Source of the DNA: an uncultured bacterium | Lineage (GTDB): Bacteria; Caldisericota; Caldisericia; B22-G15 | Assembly (NCBI GenBank): GCA_965612865.1 | Contig: CBFDTJ010000013.1 | Location: forward strand, 1-25,835 | Direction: 5' to 3' | Length of the DNA: 25,835 nt | Part shown: positions 1 through 12,000 of the stretch, piece after piece | Layout of the letters: every line of letters starts with the position of its first letter | Position numbering within the stretch: the first letter of the stretch is position 1 | Notes under the pieces: generated by a model | The model's input: the letters and a program-made list of their open reading frames with translations, nothing else | The model's database searches: none | Told to the model about the DNA's origin: nothing | Made by a program: the position numbers and the translations under genes

Positions 1-3000
1 GATAATAAGTAGTTTTTGTAGATACATATAAATCCTCTCCTTCCTGATATTTTGGACTTCCTGCTTCTAATTCACTTACTGGTGCGGTGTTATCCAGATA
101 ATATGTTGCCCGCTTTGTAAGCTCTGTATTTCCTATTACATCAACACTGTAATAATCCACATAATAAATTCCATCTTCTCCTACTATTGTAAATGTTCCT
201 TCATATATTTCCCAGCTGCTTTCTGCTATCTGCTTGCTGCTTACTCTGTACCATGTCTTATCCACTCCCAGCCCTATCCCATCCCCTACTTCTACCAGGT
301 CATCTACTGCAGTCAAAGTTATTGGTGTTTCAGAAGTTATATAAGTTGAACCATCAACAACATAATCCGGTTCCCCATGAGAAATTGTTGTCCGTGGGGG
401 CTGTATATCCCAGATTACTTCAAATCTTCCACTTGAAACTTCACTCCTATGTCCTGCCCAGTCCTCTGCTTCTATCTTCAGTACATAAAATCCATAGGTG
501 GGTAAATCCAGCGGCTCTATCTTATCCACTAACTTTACATAATACTTCTCTCCAATCTTACTTTCATCTTCTGCTTCTACTACTTCTAAATAAGCAGTAT
601 ATTCATAAGGTCCCGCATCGGTAATATTAAATGAGATTTCTATTAAATTCTTTTTAGCAATAAATTCCTCTCCCCCTTTTGGAGATATAATTGTGATTTC
701 TGGTGGACTGTCATCAAGATAAACTTTTAATACTTTCTCCTCTTCTTTATTTTCCACATTATCTATTGAATAATAAGTAATCAAATGCTCTCCTTCTTCT
801 CTTTTTATATCTTCAATTCCATATAAACTGAAATAATCAAATTTTGCCGGAATACTTTGAGATGTAAAATCCTCTCCATTTGTTGCTCCTAATCCTGCTT
901 TTAAATTACTCTCCAAAAACTCATATTCTCCTATCTTACTCCAGTTCAGACCGTCTGTGGAGTAATAGAAGTTATAATTTCCCTTTTTCTTAACTTTAAG
1001 ATAAATAAAATCAACATTAATCCAGTTTATATCATTTACAATCTCTTCGTATTCACCATTTACTTCCTTACCAGCTATAATTTTCTTTCCATTTTCATAA
1101 CCTTTTACAAGTTTCAAGTAATTATCATCATCTTGATAAATATATATCCCTGCTTCCTGCCCTTTTATCCGGGGAGAAAACTCTAACTTTGTCTCTACTG
1201 CCCAACTTTCTTCGGAATATAGTGTGCTCCTTAAAAGGATATTTTGTTGATTATTATTAACTTCTTTTAAACTACCATAATCAGTATAAATTATAAGGAA
1301 TTCTCTCTCTTCCCTTAACGTCCAATTCTCATTATTTTCTCTTAACCACTCCCACTCAGAAGAGAGTTCTTGCAGATTGAATTCATCCTTCCAGGAAGTT
1401 CGTTTCCTTTCTCCCAGAATAAAAGAACCCACATAGATTTCATCAAAACCATAATCCAGACGATAAAAAGTTTGTTTGATGCCACTGAGATTATCTCTTG
1501 CCTTAATTAAAAATGGAGTGTATGAGGTAAGTAAAAATTTCTCCTGCCATTCAAGATGAGGAGAACCCGGTTTGAGAATACTCAAAGGAGGCGATGTATC
1601 CAACACCACCTCAAGAGTATGAATCTCTTCTTCATTTCCTACCACATCCACACTATGATATTCTATCTTATGTACTCCTTCCTTTGAAAGGTTGAAAGGA
1701 GCAGTATAAATTGATACCGTACCATTGTCAATTCGATAATAGGTTCTGTCCACTCCCAGCCCTTCTCCATCACCTACAGTAAGTAAATCATCCTCTGCTT
1801 TTAACGTAAAAAGAGTGGTTCTATTTACAAAAACCGGCTCTTCCCAGTATTTAGGAGTTGAAATCTGAATTTCTGTTCTGGGGGGAAGTAAATCATGTAT
1901 CACCTCAAACGTCCCGGAAGTGGAAATAATCTGATTAAATGCCCAGTCTCTTGCTTTCACATAAAGTTGCCAGAAACCATAATCAAGATCTCCAGGTTCA
2001 ATCTCTTCCCCTAAATTTACCGCTACTGTAGTTCCTTTTTCCAGATGTTTCAACCAGGCATAACCAGTAGGATATGGGTCAAGATTATCCTTTATTAAAT
2101 AATCTATTTTAATTTTATCCAAAGTGGCAATATACCTTTCCCCTTCGCGTGGACTCTCTATGGTAATCTCCGGAGGTGTATAATCAATAATAAATCTTCC
2201 AGAAGTGTCAATAGACTTATTTCCAGCTAAATCTTCCATTTTGACCCAGATTACAGTTTCTCCTTCTGGATCCTCTTTTGTTACAATATACCGATAATGA
2301 TAAGGAGAAGAGTGACTGACAAAAGTAGCTGGTCTACTATTAATTAACACTTCAGGATTCCGGAGTAAATCTTCTGATACCAGAAAGTATATATCCACTT
2401 CCTCTAACGAAACAACATCTGGAAATGTAAGAATTCTTATTACCTCAGGTGGTGTGGTATCAATTAGAACTTTATATATCTTTTCTTTTTCTTGATTCAA
2501 AACATTATCTATAGCATAATATTTTATTTGATAGACTCCTTCCTCATTAAATGAAAAAGAAGAAATATATTCTTCATATGGCAAATCATTGATGCTAAAG
2601 AATATTTCTTTTACTCCACTCAGACTATCTGTGCTCTGGAAAGCAAAAAAGTCCATGTTGTTAGCATAATCCTTTTCTCCATCATTATAAAGCAAACGAG
2701 AAGCAAAGAGATGAGTTTCAGGTGGAGTCCTATCAAGAATCACTGTGCTGGACTTAAAAATTTCAATATTTTCCAAATAATCTTCCGTCCAGAAATCAAC
2801 TCGATAAGAGCCTTCTTCTCCTTCTATCCTGAATGGAAATTCATAAAGTTGCCAATCCCCCTGATTTATACGGTAAAAACTTGCTTCTACACCACAGGGA
2901 TAAATCCCCTGATCTCGAGAAATAATCGTCAGTTCTGTATGAGAAGAAATGTAATTTTTATACCGCGGCATCCCAATTTCCAGAAAGGATACAGGTTCAC

Positions 3001-6000
3001 TATTATCAACTGTCAATTTACAGATATCTACTGAAGATTGATTGCCAAGATTATCACAAGCTCTAACTTTCAGTTCATAACTCCCTTCTTCATTTAAACT
3101 GAAAGCCTTTTGATACTCCTGCCAGGACCCTTCATCTATCTGATACTCAATTCTCCTTATCCCTGAACCTTCACCATCATCTGCCCTGAGGGAAATATGC
3201 GTGTAAGAAGAAATCCAGTTTCTACTGGCAATATAATACGGTGGAGAAAATGAAATTTCTACATCCGGGGGTGTACAATCAAGATACAGAGTAATACTAC
3301 CTGAAAAAACATTTTCCACTTTATCTTCGGCTCGATATTCAATTATTCTTTCTCCATCATCTCCAGTTAAGGTTATTGGCTGAGTGTATTTCCGCCATTC
3401 TCCACCTTCAATCCGATACTCCAGTTTTTCTAGTCCCGCTGGAATTACTCCTTTATCCTGGCTATAAAGATTCACCTCTGTTTTAGAGGTAATATAATTC
3501 TCATATTGCGGCTCTCCCAATCCAACCAATACCACCGGAGGAGTGGTATCAACAATAATTACCCTGGAATGGATACTTTCTTCATTCCCTAAATAATCTA
3601 TTCCATACCATTCTACAGTAACAACTCCCTCTTCAGCAAGTTTTACAGGAACAGTATAAACTTTCCACTCGCCTCCTCCAATACGATATTTTATTTCTTT
3701 TAAACCCGAACCAGCGTCTTCTCCAACAAAAGCAAGAGAAGTACGGGTGGAAATATAAACATTGGATAAATCTTCATACCGGGGCTCACCCACAACCAGA
3801 TCGGTCCGGGGTGGAACTGTATCCAGAGAAATATTTAAAGTGCGGGTAGACTCAAGGTTGCCCACAAAATCCTTGCTTCGATAGAGTAGCTTCTCAATAT
3901 CTTCTGAATCTATTCTAAACTCTCTCACATATACATACCAGTTCTCTCCCTGATCCAGTGAATATTCTGTTTTCCAGACTCCTGCTCCTGAACCATCATC
4001 GCTTACAAAATAAAATAGTGTATGTGTGGTGACATAAACAACATTATCTTTAACATATTGTGGGCCTCTCATCTCCACCGAAGTCGTTGGAGGAGTTCCA
4101 TCAAGATATATCTGATATTCTCTTATTTCTTCCTCATTACCCGCTCTATCCACAGCATGATACTGAATTATATGCTCTCCTTCTTCAGAAATGAAAAAAG
4201 GCTCTTTGTAAATAGTTATGGGCCCTGCATCTACCATATACTCTATATAACTGACTCCTGAAAGATTATCTGTAGCAGTAACAACAAAAGAAGAAGTTAT
4301 CACCGCATACTTTCTATCTTCCTTAATAAAAACTGGCTCTGTCAAACTAATTTCAGATATTGGAGGAATATCGTCAGGAATAGTGATCACAAAAACTTTA
4401 TCTGAGGGAGCACTTTCATTTCCAGCTTTATCCACAGCAGTAATCCAATAAGACTGAACTATCCCCGCCACCGCTTCAGTATCATAATAAACCGTAAACT
4501 TATATGGCTTTTGATTTAATTTTTCACCATCTCTATAAATATAATAACCCGCTAAGTCCTCTTCTGTATTGGGCTGCCAGAAAAGTTTCACTGTATTTAT
4601 ATTTAACACTTCGTATCCTAAACCGGCAGGCGCTTGAGGCGGGATTTCATCAACTCTGATTGTTACTCTCTTTATCTCTTCTTGATTGCCAAATATATCT
4701 TCACTGTAATAAGAAATTTCATATTTGTCCTTAACCTGCTCTGAACCCCGCAAAATTACCTGTTTCAAAACAGGACTCACATTGTTGTCTTCTGTAACAA
4801 AAACAACCTTATATTGAATATACCTTCCTGGAGGAGAGGTGATTTTTGCTCCTGTCTGAGTATATGGGGAAGACCAGTCTGACCAGGTTGAATCAGGCTG
4901 AGAAGCATTTCCGGTGCGGGTGTAAAAAGTAAGTGAAGTACCCGGAGGAACCTCACTCTCCCATTCAATATTTTCCCATGTGACTAAAGCTCCAGCATCA
5001 AAAATTGTAGATATAAATTCACCACTGGTAACATACGTTTCTGGAATCACATCTACAAAAATTTCTCCACCAGCCCCTTCCAGAATCATCCACTCACTCC
5101 CATCCCAGCGGGTTTTTATAAGATCACCGTAACTCCTTATATAAAGATAATCATTCAGTGTGTCATAAAAAACTGACATAGGACAAAGATACTCCTTTCC
5201 ATCCGGTCTTTTATCCATTACCTCCCAAATGGTACCACTCATATTGGTCTTTACTACTCTGAAGTTAAATCTATCAGCTACATATATCACATCCTCCTCA
5301 GGATCATAGGATACATCCATAGGAGAAGCAAATTCTCCTATTCCTTCTCCATACTTACCAAGAGTCTTCCATCCAGAACCATCTATTTTTGTTCTCACGA
5401 TACGGTGATTACCATAATCAGCCACATAGATAAATCCTGTGTTTGGGTCATAATCTATCCCTTTAGGAGAGTTAAACCCACCAAGAAAATTAGTTGCATA
5501 TCCTCCTATCTTGCGTTTGGCTATCCGCCCATACCTTTCTTCTGCAACATAATAATATCCTCCAGCAACGTCAACATCTAAACCTGTGGGTTGATGTATA
5601 TAAAAGATCCTATATACCCTTCTATTTTTATATCTATAAACATAGTTTCTACCATAGTCACTCAGATAAAAATAACCACTATTGCGGTCATAATAAATGC
5701 CATAAAGATTATAGAAATCCCAGGGCTCAGTATAGGTCTTCCATTCACTACCATCCATTTTACAACGGATAATTTTATTCCCTTTGGCGACGTATACAGT
5801 AGAAAGATTTTGAGACAATGTGATTTTATCTCCTTTAAGAAAAGTATTACTAAACTCCCCGGATTGCCAGTCCTTCATATCAGAAATGACAGATGGAACA
5901 ATCTTCTTTACCTGAAAATATAATGGGGAAGTATAACTCTGCCACTCTCCTCCATCTATTTGAAAACGGGTAACCTTCACTTCTATATTATCGGTGGGAA

Positions 6001-9000
6001 CAAATCCTACCGGAGTAAGAGAAGATATCCAGATCCCTTCTTTTTCATACCATGGGCCATAAACTGCAATCTCTGTGACCGGAGCAACAGTATCAAAAGA
6101 AACTTCGAAAGATTTTATAATTTCCTCATTTCCCACATTATCGATACTTCTGTATTCAAATAAATATACATCCTGTGTAACACTAACAGGATCAGAGTAT
6201 ACATGCCATTCTCCTCCATTTAATCGATACAAAATCTGGTTTACCCCGGAAGCATATGTATCTTTATAAATATCCTGTGCCTGAATGGAAACCTTTGTAT
6301 TCTTATTGAGATAAACTTTATCATCTATCCGGTAATAAGTACCCGTAAAATACACCATTGATTCAGGGGGTGTGGTATCAACATAAACAGTAAACACCTT
6401 TTCTGATTCCCAGTTTCCTGCTTTGTCCACTGCTCTGTATCTTATGGTATGCAATCCTTCTTCAGTAAAAGTTATTGATGTGGTATAAACAATATAACCC
6501 ATCTCATCAATATTAACTTCTATATAATCCACCCCGGAAAGAGTATCTTTTGATTCAAGCCAGTAATAAAAATTCAAAGGAGCATAATTTATTCCATCTC
6601 GATTATATAGATCTCCACTTGTCTTAACCACAGTTACCGGAGGTTGTGTATCCTTAATTTCCACAGTAACTATGGCAGGTTCACTTTCATTACCCACCAG
6701 GTCAAAAGCGGTAATTTTATATTCATGTCTCCCTAAAGATACATTTTTATCAGTTATATGTTCTATATCAGCAGATACTGTTCTGATCCTTTCACCATCA
6801 CGGTAAATATAATATCCACCAAGATCTCTCTCCTGATTTTTTATCCAGCTAAGAGATACATCATCTACTCCCCAGATACTTCCCCTGAAATTTCTCACTT
6901 TTGCAGGTGGTTCATTATCTAAAAATACTTCAGTCGACTGCTCTGCCTCTGTATTTCCCCAGTAATCTTTGCTGAAATATCTTATTTCTGTTAAAGGAAT
7001 CACCTTCAACCTAACTTCTTCAAGCTGTGGAGGAGAATCTCCTTCAACAAAAAATTCGGCTTTGATCTGGATATACCTCTCCAGGGGGCAAATAGCTCTC
7101 TCCCCCTGTGAACTATAGAGTTCTGACCAGTCACTCCAGGAATAATCTGGAACCGGAGTATTACCTGTCCTTATTCTTAACCCAACAATACCCGGAGAAG
7201 CTGACCAATAAATATAACGACAGAGTACTTCTTCACCGACATCTATTACTTCTGACAGAGACTCTCCACTAACACTTGCTTTACCCTGAGTAAACATGAT
7301 ACCTCTTGGCCGGGAAACATTTGCTATTACCTGCCAGATACTGCCATCTATCTTTGTCTTTACAATTCTATCATTGTAATAATCCGACACATACAATTCA
7401 TCTGTATCCGGATCAACGGCTATATCATAAGGACAATAAAATTGCCCGGGACCTCCTCTCCCCCACTTTCCATAAGTCTGCCATATACTACCATCCATTT
7501 TTGTCTTCACAATATAACATCCCCAGTAATTGGTTAGATATATTGAGCCATCTCGGGGATTGTAATCCAGACCATACATGTCTTTCAATTTATAATTGTA
7601 ATAATAAGAATACCCGGAACCGTCAGGATTCATCTTATAAATTCTTCTGTATCCACGATCAAGAACATAAAGTTTATTCTCCTCAGGATCATAATCAATA
7701 TCTATTCCATTATTCAGTGCCCAGTAATAGAGACTCTCATAATTCCACCACTCACCAAATTTCTGCTTCCTTATATAATCGGAATAAAGAATATACATAT
7801 TTTCTTCCTGATCAACTGCTATAGAACGTATCCCGGAATGATGTTCATATTGAAAATTACTTCCATCCGGAAGCATTCTTCTTACATAATAACTAGCATC
7901 AGCTACATAAATATAATTCCCATCGTACCAGACTCTGTTAGCTCCCCAGAATTTACCCGAAGCAATTTCAGTTTTTTCACTCCCATCTGTCTTCATCCTT
8001 ACAATTCTATCCGGAAGTGCCACATATAACCATTTCTCTGGCTCTCTATACTCAAGATTTGCAATCTCAAAATTTTTTATTTTCAAAGTATATGGCTTCT
8101 TACTACTGGTGATGGTAAAAACTGCTTTGGTTCCTGCAACTATATTCCACTCATCATCGAAAGCATAATGAATCTCTTTCACTCCAGAAAGATCATCACT
8201 TGTTTCTATTGTAAATGGAGTATTCAAACCCACTATATTACCGGTAAGAACTGGTTTGCCAATAATTAAATTACTAACAGGAGAAGTATTATCTTCCCAG
8301 GAAATGTTTATCCTGCCACTTGTATCCATTCCTTCGTTATCAACAAGATCCTTCCCTTTTATAGTAATAGTGTAAACTCCGGGCAAATCCTGTGGAGTTA
8401 CCTGATATTTATAATGATATCGCCGGATCTCACTATCATAGGTAACATACTGAGCTCTTTTCTCTCCCACATAAACTTCTGGTGGTTCTTTTAAATCTTC
8501 AGAAACAAGAAAAAGTATGGTTGCTTCTTCCAGTCCTACTTCTGGCCATGGATAAACCAATACACCACTAAAAACCGGAGGAGTGGTATCAACTCTGAAT
8601 TCCTTACCTGTAAATATCTCCCCTTTATTACCCAATCTATCCACTGCATAAGCAGATACAATATAACTTCCTTCCTGAGTAAAATAAATAGGATGCTCAT
8701 ATTCCTTCCACTCTCCCTGATTTACAGAGTAATAAATTATATCCACTCCAGAAGCTACTCCTTTCACCTCAGGATCAGTAGCAAGAATTTCAATCGGTGT
8801 TGAAGAACTGATATAAATAACTCCCTCTCGTTCATAACCGGGATATCCTGCTTTAACCTCACATACAGGCCCCGTAGCATCAGTATAAACTTTTCTATCT
8901 TTTATCTCTTCTTTATTTCCATATCTATCCTGACTATAAAATTCTATAAGATTTATCCCTTCTTCAAGAATAAATGGTTTTGAATACAAAATCCATTCGC

Positions 9001-12000
9001 CATTATTAATCCTGTAAAAAGTTTTTTCCACTCCTGAAGGAATATATTCTCCCCACGGGTCAACAGCAATGAACTTTATTTTTGTATCCCGGGAAGCATA
9101 ATGTCCATCAGATGTAGGATACTGTTTTCCATCCACAAATTCCAGTTCAGTAATCGGCGGGGTACTATCTCTTCCAGCTTTTACTCCTATACAGTTAGAT
9201 ATTCCTGACCAGTTACCTGCCTCATCCTGTAAACGCAAAGCAAAATAGTATGTTAAACCGGAAGTTAAACCAGAAACAACAATTCTCTCAATCTGGCCGG
9301 GAACTGTATCTGTATCCCACAAAAGCTCATAGGGAGCTATCTCCCATTCACCATCATTTAAGATTTCTTTCATATCTGAATACTTCAACCAGTATTTTCC
9401 TCCTATAATATTCCCCTGTATCCCATTATCTCCAGTCGCCCTCCAGGAAAGAACCACATTTCCTTCATCAGAGGCAATTGCCTGTAAATCAGATATAGAA
9501 GCCGGAGGAATCTCATCCAGAGGTATACCACTTGCAGGGAAAGACTTTGGTCCTTCTCGCAATTTAGAATCAAAAGCAGCCACTCTGAAGAAGTATTTCT
9601 TTCCATCAATTAAATCTGTAATATAACACTGATTACTATCAGCAGATTGAGTGGCTATTAATCTATATCCTCCCACTTTCTGAGTACTCATATATATTCT
9701 ATACCCTGCTACTCCCCCGCTTACTTTCTGCCAGGTTATAACCAGCGCCTTCCCCACTCCCGGATTTCTGACTTCCACATTCTCAACCCGTACCAGAACC
9801 GGCATCCCCACCAGGATGCCATCACTGCTTCCTACCGCACTTATGAGGTTACCTCTATTTATGGTTATCACATCAAAATAGTATCTCTTTCCAGCTTCCA
9901 GATTCAAATTCTGGAGGAAAACACTCTGTTCTTCTCCAACAGAAGTCCAGTTTTTTACAATATTATAATCCTCTAAAATAGGCGCTTTGTAAATTGCATA
10001 TTTTTCACCTTCTCCATCGTATCCATCAATTAAATAAATATCCTTCCCTCTTACCACCACATCATGAAAATATCTTCCTCCGGGTAAATAATCCACCTGC
10101 CAGTCTTCAAGTGAACCGTCTCCTCTGATTCTCGCATAGTATATCCTGTTACTTACTTCGTTTGTATCCAGATTATACCCGCCAAATATATAAAGCACAT
10201 CCCGCCAGGTAAACATTGTATGAGCCCATAATCTTTCCGGTAATTGTGGACCTTCTATCCACTCACCGGTTATATCCCCTGTTACAGGGTCAATTTCTGC
10301 AAAAAATATTCTATCTTCTTCAAGAATATAAATTTTATCACCAAATCCTGCAGCATACCGATAATAACCGGTCTGAGGCAAACTTATCCCGCTTATCACC
10401 CACTCTCCTATACTCCCATCTTCATTGATAGGCGCGGAAAAATAAATCCTGTATTCGGGATAAACTTCTGTTACCGGCCAACCGTAAACCTCCTCTGTCT
10501 CTGTATATAAACCTCCGGTAACATAGATTCTATTGGAAAAAATAAATGCAGAACTTTCGTAAAGTGTTTCTACCGGTAGAGGAGAGGCAGTCTGCCAGTT
10601 TTTAATCTCTCCGGTAAGAGGATCAGGCTTTGTATAATATACTTTATTGGTGTAATAACCGGCAATAAGATAAATATATCCCCTGTAACTCAAAGCAGAA
10701 AAACGACTCATCTTCTCAGGAACATCCAGGGTTCTTTTCCAGGTATCAGGATTTATCAAACCATCGGATTGAATTCTGTTAAAATCAACTCTCACCAGTT
10801 CCTCATTATCAGCATACCTCTCTGCGCCTATTATGTAGATAAAGTCATTACAGATGACCGCTTTTACTTCCTCTCTTAAGGGTGGCAAATGATATCCTGT
10901 TAATGTCCACTTTCCTATTCCACGTGGAATTATGGAATATATACGAAATTGATTATCCATTATTCCACTTCCAGGATATGGATCAAAAGAATACCACTGA
11001 CAGTATAACTCATCCGTGGAAGGAGTAAAATCTCCCTCATCTTCCACAACCGGCATTGTGGGAGGAGTATTATCCACAATATATTCGTATTCGACTCTTA
11101 CTGGAATTTCTGCTTCTGCTGTATTGCCAAAAAGATCCGTTGCTTTTATCCTGATCCTATACTCACCTTGAGGAACAATTCTTCCTCTATCATCCAGCCC
11201 ATTCCAGACCACTTCATTTACTCCTTTTTCCCCTCTCAAATCCTCAAAAATTGTTCTGATACACTCATTCTCATTGTTGAAAACCCTAACCGAAAGCCAG
11301 GGAATGTATTCTGATTCATTATCGGCCAGATGAAAGGTTATGGTTGAAACCTCATTTATTCCGTCTCTATTGGGTGAAAATTCAGCAGGAGTAGCAACTA
11401 AATTACTGATTACCGGAGGTTCTTCATCTACTACATTTAAGAGGGCAAAAACTCCCGGTTTTTCCACTTCTCCAACAATACGATGATTATATTTATCTAC
11501 AAATTGATAAGAAACTTTTATCCATTTATTTTCTTCATTATCAAAACGATAAATTCTCAAAGCTCCTCCATATTTGTCATCGGTATAAGGTATATCAATA
11601 CAATAAGGATGTTCCCGAGTAAAACTTAAATTTTCCGGAGTATATCTATAAAGATTTGACTCTAAATAAACATACTCACCCAGATCAGAAAGAGCTTTCC
11701 ACATTTCTTCGGGAATTTCCTTCTCCGGTATTTCTTCACATTGAATTTCTCCCCATTCTACCGGCTTCTCCAACCAGTCAATAATACTAATAACAGACTT
11801 TGAATTGCCCATTAAATAAGGGAATTCCCTCCTTCTTGCCTGAATTTCAAATTTAAAAATCCCCGGTGAAGGCACCACCCCTTCCGGCAAAGTGACCTTA
11901 TACCAGGTCCTGCTTTTACCTTCCTCATACTCCTGCCATCCGGAATCATAAAGAAGAATATCATCCCTGCCTTTCAGGATTATGTTATGTGACTCAAGAA

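Noticed and set aside
1..9170. CRISPR array, DNA tandem repeats or a diversity-generating retroelement target
   Set aside because: Repetition is only at protein level with diverged DNA. No identical spaced repeats, adenine-variant repeat pair or reverse transcriptase was seen.
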